DNA of 64,000 bases, from assembly GCA_002269645.1 (NCBI GenBank), contig NIVC01002092.1:124001-188000 (forward strand). Direction: 5' to 3'. Under the pieces are notes generated by a model. That model was given only the letters and a program-made list of their open reading frames with translations. It was not told the origin of the DNA and ran no database searches. Positions 41,561-54,224 of this stretch are shown here, one piece after another. The position numbers were made by a program, and so were the translations under genes. Origin of the DNA: Macrostomum lignano. Its lineage: Eukaryota. Within the stretch, counting starts at the first letter, position 1. Each line of letters begins with the position of its first letter.

Positions 41561-43201
41561 TGACTTCACAAAGTAAAACTATGAAGCGTTAGTTAAGGAC
41601 AATGATACTCTAGGAATATTCTCCAGGGCATAATTTATGCAATTTTAACTTCACTCATGGTAGGGCTAATCGTGTCGATTGGTGCTGCTGTCCTGTAACT
41701 GTAATGATGTAGTGTAGGCCCCTAACTTGGCCTAAGTGCCGGATGTAGCTAAGCTAAGAAAAATGAAAAAATGTGATCGATTCTTAAATAAATTTGATGA
41801 TAAACTAAAAAGTGAAATTCTTAGAAAGAACTGAGTAACACTAACTGGAATAGTTATTACTACGTATAATAAAATGGAAAACGGCTGTACTAAATTATTA
41901 TATTGGATTAATCCGGCACTTGCATATCAGTTTCTTTGAAATTAAGGATTCCATGAAAAGGTTTAGTCAGTAAATCAAACTGTAAAGGCTAAAAAGTCAT
42001 GGTAAAGAAATAGATATTGAAATTAAATTACTCAAAACATTAAAGTTTTAGGCAAAGAATACAATCAATTGGCTTCTACAGGCTCAAATATTTTTTTTCT
42101 TTTTAGTATAACGCATGGCAGTCCAAAAATAATAATTTGTACAGTTGTACTGTCCAAACCTCAATTAATGGCCGTAGTATTTATGTTCGTGAATTTTCTA
42201 ATTTGTTTTGATTCTAATCAGGCTATGTTTGTAAATACTCGTAAGAAAAATCATCCTTACAAGCTGGTGGCAAAACTATAATACGTACACTGTACGTACC
42301 AATTGTAGTTTACATGAACACACTGTATTAGAAATATAGAAATTGCTTTATGAGAAATATTAGAGCTCCAATTCAGTGTAGCATGGATGCATAGCCAAAA
42401 AGATGATAATTATTTTGTGCAAGGATAGAAGTAACTCACGGCAATGAAATTAACAAATTTAAGCTGTCAGTCTTTTAAAGTAATGGTACATGTACGTATG
42501 CTGGGCCTCCTGGGCCAGGTTGGCGAAGAAAGGCCACGCCACTGACCGAATCTGAGGCGCCGGCGTCAGCCAGCAGGCAGAAAACGCCAAGTGTACGGCA
42601 AGTCCGCGGCGTCGAGCAGATCCTCTCGGACGCCGGGAACTAGCAGACCAAACTACAAAAACTACAACCTATACATGTACTAAATATAAATTGTCTATAG
42701 TTTTAATTGTTATGCGTGGTTCCTAGCTAGAATGTGGTTGAATTAATGAGAAAACCGGAGGCTGATACCGAAGCAATCGCAGTTTATGTTATAGTTTGCT
42801 TTTAAGTAAATAATTATTAGAAAGTTTTTATTAAATTTTTTATCCGCAATTACATTGTGCCGGTCTCTATATATTGACCACGCTACTACAAGTGCAAGTG
42901 CATGAATTAATTCTTTTATTCGCTTCAGCAAAAATAATACCACGTAAATTTCCAGTTCAAGTGCAGCAGGAGACGCGGAAGGTCAATATAAGAAACGAAC
43001 AAAAATGAACCCAGCAGGCGCGAAAGCGCCCTTTAAAAGAATTGTTGCCAAAAATTACTATTTTGCGCTCGGCATGTTAGCAGCGTGTTCATTGTTATAT
43101 CGTGGAAATCTCCCGCGAAAATTGCGGGAGGCGCGTGTGGTGGCCAAGGATGATCCACGTTAGTTGGTTTTAAGTAAATCTAACACGCGCTGCACTCACA
43201 A

Positions 43202-46200
43202 TCAACAGTCGCCCGTAGGCTTCGGCTGCCGCAACCCAGCTCTGGCCATCACGCGGCGAGCTACCGACTCTTTCGTGTGACTAAAAATCCGACAGAAGTC
43301 CTGCTGGCCGACAAGTCCCTTAGTTGACTGGCCGCGCGCAGCCCGTTGGAGCACCTCAACGGCCAGGCAGATGCTCTCCTCAACCGTCTGAGTGACAATC
43401 CTGCTCAATGTGGATGTGTGCGTGCTCAATGATGGGTCCGAATTGAGCTCGAGTAGCCACACGTTGAAATCCGCTCCAATTAAGAAGTCGCAGCCAAACA
43501 GCTCAAATGACATTGGCTGATCACATAGCGAGCTGCTGGCCAGAGAGACCACGTGAGCCAGGATCGCGCGGATTCGAGGATACAGCTGACGCCGTACCCA
43601 GTCAGTGCAGGGCGCCTTGAATCGTTGGTTGATGTAGTCGTTGAGCTGGTCGGGCGTCCACACCGTGTCTTCCTTAACAGCGTCGTAGGACGGGTCCCGC
43701 TGCTGCACGGCCTGATTGGTGAGGTGCAGCAACGGGTCGTCGCTGTCAGGCCGGTAAGACCGGCAGGCCAGTCGAACGTAGCCGGGGTGGCAGAAGGCGT
43801 GCACGCCGCGGCGAATTCCGCTGCGCAGGTTCGGCACCAGTAGCAGGTAGACTCGCAGGTCGAACTTCCGACCTTCCAGTAGTAGCGGCGGATGCACGTA
43901 GCGCTGCATGATCAGATCGCGGTGTGCGTAGCCAGAGAACTTAGATTCCAGGACTGCAGCCAGGCTGTTCAGCGATTGGCTTCGGCCGGCTTCCAGCGAC
44001 GGCGAACGGAGCAGTGCGATGCCTTCACCGCAGTCGGCGTGACCGGGCTTCATGAGGAACATGCCACCGGGGTTTCGGCCTGGATTTTCGTGTGCTCGAT
44101 TGTTTATACGGTTTATGATTATTGCTGTCTTCTGGAGCTGACCGTGGATGCTTACTATACTACGTCAATTAGTCGGGCTCTATGGTTCAAAAATATGTAC
44201 GAGCAAGTTTGAGGCTCAAAATGTAGCTTAAAGTATGTTAGTTGTCAAAAGAAATAGTTTGGGTTTCCGAGCGGTGCCAAGAGGGCATTAACTGAACCCT
44301 AGAAATCTCTACTGTCCGACCACATCGACCGCCCAAAGCGATGATGGCAGACACTTTGAGAATCAGCACCGTTTTGACATCCTTAATTTACGCCTAAAAA
44401 CCAGTCAATTTTTTTGCATTGCCAATAAATTCACAGACCAGAGGAAAGAACTGCAATGTGCGGAAAAAAGAGCGAATCAGGGAGCCGTACAAAGAGTGGA
44501 ACAAAGAGCGGGAGTAAAGAGCAGAAGCAAAGTCGTAAAGGTGCAATAGGAATTCCCCAAAAAATGATGTAGCCTCTCACGCATGCAGTCCAGAATGCTG
44601 AGCGCGTCCGATCCGTTGAGGTGCACCGTGTCGGGATAGAAAGTAGCCGCCTGCAGCCCGGTCGGCACCAGGCCGGGGTGGTTAAGCTCGAACTCGCGCA
44701 GGAGCCGGGCCAGACTGCACTTGTTGGCGATGAGGCCGCGAAAATGCAGCCGGTTCACGATGTGGCAGCCTGCGACGCGCGACAGTGCGGGGCTTACGAC
44801 GTATGACTATATGGGTTAGCCAGTTTACAGGGTGCTTGGAGCGCTGCATGCGGACAAATCAAGAAGCCAGGAAGGAGACAGGCCCATTCCACATATCCCT
44901 AGAGCTCGCACACTCCCACGGATACGTACACAGGCACACGCTCATCATCAGGCCAGTTGGAGGTTGGCCATCATGGATGAGCCACTATTACAAATCAAGG
45001 ACCACTGTAGTATAACAGGACGTGAAACTCAAGGATCGTGTAAATTTTTCCGGGAAAAAATACACTGTAGAAATAGGAAGGAATATTTTTTCATAACGAA
45101 ATCAATGATTGCATTCGATCTGGGGCAGTGAAGATTAGCATTCTTTTAATTTAGCATGCAAAGCATGTTGGGGGCTCGCAAATATCTTGCTAGAAATAGG
45201 GAGTTGTAGTCTAGTGGTCAGAGCGTCGGTCTCACGACTTGGAAGTCGGGGGTTCGATTCCCGATCCCACTAGAACAATTTGTGTCCTTGAGCAAGACAC
45301 TTAACTCTGCATTGCTTCAGTTCACCCAGTTGTAAAATGGGTGTCAGCATTAGCTGGGGTGTTTGAGGCTGTGTGGCGACCCCCCAGTCCTTGGACTGAA
45401 CAGCCGTACGCAGCTTTCAGATGCGCCGCGCAATAGCTGCGGCTGAGCTGTCGGCTGCACATCTGGCCCAATTGGGGCAGGTGTAATAAAAAATATGTTG
45501 TATATATAATGTGTCATTTTGAACTTTTTCTCTTTTTGTTTAGTAAGCCCAAAGTTTAAGTGTTCAGAAATGCATGACATTAGCTGAACGCGTTTTGTTT
45601 CTTCTTGAATAAAGTATGTGTTATAAAAATTTTGCATGCAGGTACTCTTAGTAGCTTTTAGACAGTTCTAGGAATTATGCTAGGCTAGGATAGACGAGAA
45701 AACAATATGAAAGTTAAACTTTCACTACACAACCATATGTTGTAAAATACAACCGAGTAACATGCAGTGAATGCTAAATTGAAAGAATGGTAATCTTCAT
45801 TGCCCCAGGTCAAATGCAATCATTGATTTTGTCCTAAGTTTTCTCCTATCTCCGCAGTGTATTTTTCAGGAAATTGACCTCCAAAAAAATCACACGACCT
45901 TAGAGTTTTACCTCCTGTTATACTATTATGGTCCTTGATGTTGATATCAATTCTACTGATACTACTGAACACTACAGAATATGATCTCATAGTTTGTTGT
46001 TGAGGTAGTCTTTTACAGTATACTTTTGTTTATTTGATATTTCCCTTAAAACCTGTTAAACAGATGTAAAAACTTTAACCTGTCTGCAAAAAGTATTTTT
46101 TTAACTGTCAATCAGTAAGCTAGTACGAAGTGTCCTTTAAAGGCATGTTAAAATGTAAAAGGCATGTATACACCAATTGCATGACTTTTAAGCCCCGTCA

Positions 46201-48597
46201 GCAAGCGGCACATTAATCTTACCCCGGCCACTCTTCCGCTTGGCTCCTGAGTTGGTTCCGTTGCACCAGAGAAGAGCCATTTTATCCACGGGTCTGAATT
46301 CGTTCGTGTCGGCCTCTGGCTGGCGCTCATTGAACCCCATTGCGTTTAACATCTTCCTACAGCTGGGTGTGTTGGGGGTCAGGCAATCTTCCTTAATTCT
46401 TTCTTCCTGAAAGGAAGAGGAGGGGAGGAGAAAGAGGAAGGAGAGGAGGGAGAGGAGGGAGAGGAGGGAGAGGAGGGAGAGGAGGAATAGGAGAAAGAGG
46501 AAGGAGAGGAGGGAGAAGAGGGAGAGGAGGTAGAGGAGGGAGAGGAGGGAGAGGAGGGAGAGGAGGGAGAGGAGGAATAGGAGAAAGAGGAAGGAGAGGA
46601 GGGAGAGGAGGGAGAGGAGGGAGAGGAGGGAGAGGAGGGAGAGGAGGGAGAGGAAGGAGAGGAGGGAGTGGAGGGAGAGGATGGAGAGGAAAGAGAGGAA
46701 GGAGAGGAGGAGAGGAGGGAGAGGAGGGAGAGGAAGGAGAGGAGGGAGTGGAGGGAGAGGATGGAGAGGAAAGAGAGGAAGGAGAGGAGGGAGAGGAGGG
46801 AGAGGAAGGAGAGGAGTGAGAGGAAGGAGAGGAGGGAGATGAGGGAGAGGAGGGAGAGGAGGGAGAGGAGGGAGGAAGGGAGAGGAGGGAGAGGAGGGAG
46901 AGGAAGGAGAGGAGGGAGAGGAAGGAGAGGAGGGAGAGGAGGGAGAGGAGGGAGAGGAGGAAGAGGAGGGAGAGGAGGGAGAGGAGGGAGAGGAGGAAGA
47001 GGAGGGAGAGGAGGGAGAGGAGGGAGAGGAGGGAGAGGAAGGAGAGGAGGAAGAGGAGGGAGAGGAGGGAGAGAAAGGAGAGAAAGGAGAGGAGGGAGAG
47101 GAAGGAGAGGAAGGAGAGGAAGGAGAGGAAGGAGAGGAAGGAGAGGAGGGAGAGGAGGAATAGGAGGGAGAGGAAGGAGAGGAGGAAGAGGAGGGAGAGG
47201 AGGGAGAGGAAGGAGAGGAAGGAGAGGAAGGAGAGGAAGGAGAGGAAGGAGAGGAGGGAGAGGAGGGAGAGGAGGAAGAGGAGGGAGAGGAGGGAGAGGA
47301 GGGAGAGGAAGGAGAGGAGGGAGAGGAAGGAGAGGAAGGAGAGGAAGGAGAGGAAGGAGAGGAGGGAGAGGAAGGAGAGGAAGGAGAGGAAGGAGAGGAA
47401 GGAGAGGAAGGAGAGGAAGGAGAGGAAGGAGAGGAAGGAGAGGAAGGAGAGGAAGGAGAGGAGGCAGAGGAAGGAGAGGAGGAAGAGGAGGGAGAGGAAG
47501 GAGAGGAGGAAGAGGAGGGAGAGGAGGGAGAGGAAGGAGAGGAAGGAGAGAGGGAGAGGAAGGAGAGGAAGGAGAGGAAGGAGAGGAAGGAGAGGAGGCA
47601 GAGGAAGGAGAGGAAAGAGAGGAGGAAGAGGAGGGAGAGGAAGGAGAGGAGGAAGAGGAGGGAGAGGAGGAAGAGGAAGGAGAGGAAGGAGAGGAGTGAG
47701 AGGAAGGAGAGGAAGGAGAGGAAGGAGAGGAAGGAGAGGAGGGAGAGGAAGGAGAGGAGGAGAGGAGGGAGAGGAAGGAGAGGAAGGAGAGGAAGGAGAG
47801 GAAGGAGAGGAAGGAGAGGAAGGAGAGGAAGGAGAGGAAGGAGAGGAAGGAGAGGAGGGAGAGGAGGGAGAGGAAGGAGAGGAAGGAGAGGAAGGAGAGG
47901 AAGGAGAGGAAGGAGAGGAAGGAGAGGAAGGAGAGGAGGGAGGGAGAGGAGGAGGAGGAATAGGAGAAAGAGGAGAAAGAGGAAGGAGAGAAGGGAGAGG
48001 AGGGAGAGGAAGGAGAGGAAGGAGAGGAAGGAGAGGAGGGAGAGGAGGGAGAGGAGGGAGAGGAAGGAGAGGAGAAAGAGGAGGGAGAGGAGATATGACT
48101 AAGGGAGTTAAAAGTTTTCTCGTACGATCGATTTCAAATGAAATTTTACCTGCGGTTTGACCCTATACTATAGTAAAAATACAGCACAGCATGCTCACAT
48201 TAATTCACCGTGAGAATAGAAAATAAAGTACTCCCCGCGCAGTGTGGTGTATCGTTCTCGAAACAGGGCGGCCCATTGTCTCGGCATCGTAGTTATCAGA
48301 CAACAGACGTCGACGCGGCGCAGACGGCGTCGGAGCGGCCGTCAGTAGGTCAGCTGAGTCGGTGTGCATAACACTCGCGAGATTGGCCTCGCAGGTGCGA
48401 GCGTCAGCTGTCGCATTGGTGCACGAAACGGTGTCAATTGAAAGGTTGGATTCAGTTTCAACAAGGCCGATGGAGCCTTGAACGCAGACTCGATAGTCTC
48501 TGCGACCGTTTTTCAAGCGCATTCTTAGCTTGTCATCGACTGTCGCCGAGGATAAATACAGCAAATTGCGCTCATCAACGGTGGCTGATACGCTCAT
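43202..48597 (-). CDS. TTLL10: TTLL10-like tubulin glycylase (TTL domain), ~550 aa; exons 48209-48597, 48150-48162, 46223-46406, 44581-44769, 43202-44079
   Basis: TTL motifs: MKPGHADCGEGI, MQRYVHPPLLLEGRKFDLRVY, HLTNQAVQ, FELFGCDFLIG..VWLLELNSDPSL. HLTNQ and the RGQ tail resemble TTLL10. Phases 2,0,1,1 are consistent; total 1653 nt. The start codon and the 44079 acceptor are less certain. Confidence 0.78.
45199..45495 (+). mobile_element. tRNA-derived CORE-SINE
   Basis: A box TAGTCTAGTGG and B box GGTTCGATTCC, followed by tgtgtccttgagcaagacacttaac...tgtaaaatggg (MIR/CORE-like domain) and an A-rich tail. Confidence 0.72.
46415..48092. repeat. ~1.7-kb polypurine (GAGGAAGGA/GAGGAGGGA)n tract
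   Basis: Almost exclusively G and A on the plus strand; TTLL10 intron. Confidence 0.95.
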
Positions 48598-50761
48598 CGA
48601 GTTTTCTTGTTTTCCGTGCGATTGACTGTTATGTAGAAAGGCAACTGAGCCGAGCCGTCAACCGTGGCATCATCTCGACCTCTTGATCCAGCAGATTTCG
48701 ACGAAAGCAGTGCAAGTAAAGCCTTGTAATTCGCTTGTACAAAACGACCCGCTGCGATGCTTAGCTTCCAATAGGCTTTCTTGCTGCAATTTACCAGTAA
48801 GAAGTATCGTAACTTGCCAACCATGTAGATTCTGTCGTTGCTTACTTGCATTTTGGTATCTTGCGAATCATCTTGACCGACCAGCTGTGCATTTAGCGGA
48901 TACTGACAAGTTAGTATGAGTTAATCGGTTGTACACGTGAGTATTTATGCATTTTGCATACCCTGAAAATCTCTATGGCCTAATTATTTCACACAAACGT
49001 CCAAGTTTAAATTAAAATTGCAAAAGAATTGTATTGAATTTGTCATGCAGTCTTGTGGTACCTGCGATCGGGTCGGTCCCCTGCTCCATAGTGACTATAG
49101 TTTATAGCATACTGCCAGGCGTTGGGACGCACAGAGTAAAAATTTAACTGCATGTTTATACTCATGCAGTTGTCCAAGGGCAAAAACTTAGCCTGGCACC
49201 GTGTGGTGTCGGGAAGTTTAACGACGTACGTGTTTGATCTATACATGTATTATAATAGTAGGTACAGGTAAGCTGATGTAGCTACTGTATCGGTAGCTGA
49301 ACATACAATTGTATACAAATGAGTACACGCCATTGGACCGCACTCCTGTATGGCCGCAGACTGCAGTTCTGTCGAACCCTGAAAGAAACAACACCAAGAC
49401 AATGCAGATTAATGAACTATATTTCTACATGCATTGTAAATGCAGCGACGTGGCGTTTCATGCTTCTAGAAATATTTTGGGAATTAAGATCTGATTGCAA
49501 AATACGTGCATAATAGCTACCAAAGTTTAGCTTTAAGCTCGTAATAAGTCCTTCGAGTTACTCGTATAGCTGTGCAAATTTTTACGCTTCCGTCCGGGGA
49601 CCAAAGTGTAGATAGAATAAAATAGAGCAGAATAAAAATATTTTTCAAAGCAAAAATCCTGAAAAATGGGGTATATTCACAATTTTACTGTTTTGAGGCC
49701 TAGAATTTAACTACTCGGGTCAAAAATTTGCCTCAATATAGCTCGATCGTCTATATATCTACACGTGTTTGAATGCTTAAATCGAAGTAAATAATGTGAC
49801 CTTTTCAAAACTTGTATAAGCGCAATAAAGCTTGTTTTATTCTGCAGGACTTCTATGGATCGTTTTATTTCGTGACTTTTTACACATGCATTACAATTAA
49901 AAATTTTAAGGCACCTCACCTAGTTTCCGGTAGATTCCCCAATCACGTGTTTAGCAATTCATATTACGACTTTGCGATCGTTGTCACGGTATTTGTATTT
50001 TCTAAGAATCATTTTCATAAGCTGCCATCGAACTCCAAAGTGCTCAGTAAAAGTGCTCTGAAAATGTGATAGAATTACTCATAGCTACTTCCTATGGCTA
50101 TACCATACCCTATATTTTTTAGGCTACAGAAACTATTTACACTACTATACATAGGTATAGCTAGCTGCTATGCAAATATGTATCATATTTTCAAAAGTCC
50201 AGCTTTACTTTTTCATTCTTTAGAGTCCCTATTTAAAAAAACTTTCTGATTGTTGAATAGTTGGGTTTTTGTTTTGCATCTTTGTTTCTTCATAATTTGG
50301 AATTGTATATATTCCAAGTTATTTTATATTCAATTAACTTCTAGAAAACAGCCCTAGTCCAGCTAGCGTAACCTTGTTAAAAGAGGGATATTTTTATGCC
50401 TTACTTAATTTTTGTCACTATCATTAATTATTACTTATTTATTATTTATACCTATATTATCGAGATTTTTAGATATTTTAAACTTTACAAATGCTAAATA
50501 ATAATTTAGAAATTTGGATTTATTTTTACCTATTGACTTAAGAAACTTTAAATCATATAGCCTTTCTAACAAAAATTGTAACTATTTATTGCTTTTTTAA
50601 ATCTAATTCTAGTTCTAAATCTAAAATCATATTCATTCTACCAGTTAGTCAATAATTTTATAATTTCTTCTTTTTAAAGGTTAAAGCACAAGGACTATCA
50701 AAATTTATTCACAAGGCAAATGAATCAAATCAAATGTCTTCCATGCTTTCAGTTGTCTCCA

Positions 50762-51363
50762 ATGCTTTCAACATCTGTGCCAGCAACTCATGCCAGTCTG
50801 CAGCAGCGCTCGCAGCAGCTGCAGCAGGAGAAGCAGCGCCTGATGCAGATGCTTGATGAGCGACTCACTGGTCTGTTAGACATCCTTGGCAACGACTCTG
50901 ACAGCCAATCCCACCCAGTGCAGCAGCCGTCTCCATCGTCAGACGATTCGCCAAAGCAGTCAGCGGCAGCAGAAGCCAGCAAGGCTCGGCAGGATCTGCC
51001 AGAGAAAGAGTTCCGCCAGCGTTGCAGTCTGCTCACCGAATTATTCGAACTGTCCCATTTTCGCACCCTTCAAAACGTATTTATTGCCTTGATGTCGCTC
51101 TACGGTTTGAGCACTCTGATCTGCGACACCATGGACGGCAAGTCCCTTGTTGACACCCTGTCGCTGCCGTTGCTGCGCTGGGCGTTCGGCCGTCTGCCCG
51201 ATGCCATCGCAATCTGGATGGCGATGCACGCGGCGGTGCTGCTGGCAGCCTACCCAGCCTACCATCACTATGCCGCCGCGCCACCTGTCTCCAGGCGCTG
51301 GCGACTCGCCTGGTTGGCTTCGTACATCGCTTTTCAGGTGGGTCGTTTGTGTCAAATCCATGA

Positions 51364-51405
<42 letters not shown>

Positions 51406-51458
51406 GCAGTTAGTTAGCTAGCTAGCTAGCTAGCTAGCTAGTTAGTTAGTTAGTTAGT

Positions 51459-51498
<40 letters not shown>

Positions 51499-51500
51499 CC

Positions 51501-51539
<39 letters not shown>

Positions 51540-51568
51540 CAGTTAGTTAGTTAGTTAGTCAGTTAGCC

Positions 51569-51599
<31 letters not shown>

Positions 51600-51600
51600 C

Positions 51601-51682
<82 letters not shown>

Positions 51683-51711
51683 GTAGTTAGTTAGTTTGTT
51701 AGTTAGTTAGG

Positions 51712-51753
<42 letters not shown>

Positions 51754-51759
51754 GTTAGT

Positions 51760-51790
<31 letters not shown>

Positions 51791-51793
51791 TTG

Positions 51794-51838
<45 letters not shown>

Positions 51839-51839
51839 G

Positions 51840-51883
<44 letters not shown>

Positions 51884-51884
51884 C

Positions 51885-51930
<46 letters not shown>

Positions 51931-51937
51931 CTAGTTA

Positions 51938-51968
<31 letters not shown>

Positions 51969-51998
51969 CAGTTAGTTAGTTAGTTAGTTAGTTAGTTT

Positions 51999-52030
<32 letters not shown>

Positions 52031-54159
52031 ATGTAACCTGTCCATACTTTTACTGCTGAGCAGCTCCGCTCCCAAACGATCTCGTAATAATCAAGCTTTT
52101 TTTGCAACCAAACCGATGTGCTTTTGTTAATATATTATTGTAAATAATATAACATATATTATTATTCTATTACAAACCTGAGCGTGGCACCGGTTTTGTT
52201 TTCGTCGTTGTAAGTGACCTTTAAAATGCTAGTTGCGCTACTGTGGGCAGTAGCGTATTCAGAAAATGCGCAATTAAAGCTTTTGGGAAAGTGCTTTGAC
52301 GATACAAGCAAACTCTGCAATACTTTATTGTGAACTCTCCCACACTTGCAAAAAATTGCAGCTTGGCTTCCTCGTGCTGCCGCTGCGCTCCCTGCTCGCC
52401 GTCCAGCTGCCTCCGGCCTCCGCCATCATAGTGCTCACCGAACAGAGTCGCCTAATGATGAAGCTGCACGCGTTCGTGTGGGAGAGCGCCAGCCGGGGCG
52501 GACCATGTCCGAGCTTTGGTCGCTTTCTCTACTTCCTGTTCGCGCCCACGCTGGTGTACAGGGATGCTTATCCGCAGGACAGGCCAACCAGGTGAGATGG
52601 CTGTTTAAGATGCTGTGTACAGGATTCCGCAGCCAGCAGGAAGTTAACGCAAACCCCTATCAGGAAAATAAAAATCATAGTATGTCCTAGACAATGCATG
52701 ACTCTAACAGCCCGGCGCGAATGTCAACTGCTTCTTTAATTCACAAAAATTTTCTCCTCAGCTTCTGTCCAACAAATAATCCTGATTTGTTGGTGATCAG
52801 TTGTATTAACGACTCAGCAACTGTTGAAAAGGCTTTGATAATTCGTCAATAGTGCGACGTGACCATTCAATGGCTGCTTCTATCTCTTCGTCATCCATGG
52901 TGATGCCTTGCAATGTCCTAAGCCGCTGAAGGACTTATTTCAAACGGATGCTATGCTCTTCTAATGTCCTTCCCATCACAATGATATCATCGAGATAACG
53001 AGCCAGCTTCCCCTGTCAATCATTGCAGTACACTGTGCATTACATACTGGAAGGTCTTGAAGCAATGAAGAAAATTGTGACGCTTTTTTCGATCGACTCA
53101 AGACCATTTCAAACGAATGTTCTAACGAAATCAACAAAACAATCTGTTTCACGGAGAGGATTTAAAAAAATATCTGTTTTACGATCTACTTTTTAAGGCC
53201 CGATATTAGGAGTCTAATATGGGCCAGCTAACAAAGGTCTCATTATCATCAATTTGAATAGAATTCTTAATAAATGCCTACTGTTGGGCTTCTATCACAT
53301 TTATCCCATGTTTATGCCTATCCCGTCCAGGTGGCGCTACGTTGCCTCTAACCTGGGCCAGGTGGCCGGCTGCGCCCTGTTCGCCCACCTGCTGCTGGTC
53401 CGCTACTGCCTGCCTGTGTTCTCACACTGGCGCCGGCCCAGCCTCGCACACTTCATCCACACAGTGTTCCAGTCTGCTTTGCCGGGCGGCCTAGTCCTGC
53501 TACTAGCCTTCTTCGCCGTGCTGCACTCCTGGTTGAATGCGTTCGCCGAGATGTTGCGCTTCGGCGATCGGCAGTTCTATCGCGACTGGTGGAATGTCAC
53601 CTCGTTTCGCAGCTGGTACAGGTGAGACAGCTGTTTGGCGGGTGTCAGTTATATCTCAGGTGAGACTGCTGTTTGGCGGGTGTCAGTCAGTCTCAGGTGT
53701 CAGGTGCTAGTACGAGCAGCTACTATCGCAACTATGAAGGCCAACTCTATGGCCCAACCCCCCCGCAGAACCTGGAACACAGTAGTGCATGATTGGCTGT
53801 ACGCCTACGTGTACAGAGAGCTGTGCCTCCGCTTCGGCAAGCGGTCCAGTTCCCTAGCAACCGGCTGCGTGTTCCTGCTCTCCTCCCTATTTCATGAGTA
53901 CATTTTGGCATTCAGCTTGGGCTTCTTCTTTCCGGCTCTGTTTGTCTTCTTCTGCGGCGCCGGGTTCGGTTTGATGTTCGCCAACGGGCGCTCCCGGTTC
54001 TGGTCCGTGTTCGTGTGGGCCAGCCTGTTCCTTGGCATGGGCGCTCTCATGTGCCTGTACAGCATGGAGTGGTTCGCCAGAAGGAACTGCCCCACAGCCT
54101 ATCCTGGTCGGCCCGTTCTGGACTTCCTGGTGCCGCGATCGTTCACGTGTCCCATGTGA
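50762..54159 (+). CDS. SOAT1: Sterol O-acyltransferase (ACAT/SOAT, MBOAT family), ~495 aa; exons 50762-51337, 52362-52591, 53331-53621, 53769-54159
   Basis: Motifs: FLYFLFAPTLVYRDAYP, FFAVLHSWLNAFAEMLRFGDRQFYRDWWN, RTWNTVVHDWLYAYVY, catalytic HEY. Phases 0,2,2 are consistent; total 1488 nt. An acceptor (tttcag, 50752) lies just upstream of the ATG, so an upstream exon is possible. Confidence 0.9.
51364..52030. repeat. (TTAG)n microsatellite in SOAT intron 1
   Basis: Read directly. Confidence 0.95.
52905..53012 (-). pseudogene. Ty3/Gypsy reverse-transcriptase fragment in SOAT intron 2
   Basis: LARYLDDIIVMGRTLEEHSIRLK*VLQRL: YxDD motif with an in-frame stop. Confidence 0.72.
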
Positions 54160-54224
54160 CAGGGCTGCTCTGCGTGACTTTGATCCCAAATGTGTAGTTT
54201 GAAATCCCAAATCAGTAGCTTGAA

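Noticed and set aside
45199-45271. tRNA gene
   Set aside because: The anticodon arm does not pair properly and the sequence continues into a CORE domain, so it is a SINE head.
46668-48160. RGG/Glu-rich 343-aa and 154-aa ORFs resembling RNA-binding proteins
   Set aside because: Products of a pure G/A tract lying inside a TTLL10 intron on the opposite strand.
48594-48851. 85-aa ORF overlapping the TTLL10 start (TGA/ATG overlap)
   Set aside because: It contains a gtaagc donor after codon 2 and an acceptor at 48626, so it is more simply a 5'UTR intron. A frameshifted N-terminal extension is not excluded.
49043-49513. Short ORFs between TTLL10 and SOAT
   Set aside because: No motif or splice support.
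51364-52030. Interstitial telomeric repeat
   Set aside because: The unit is TTAG, not TTAGG or TTAGGG.
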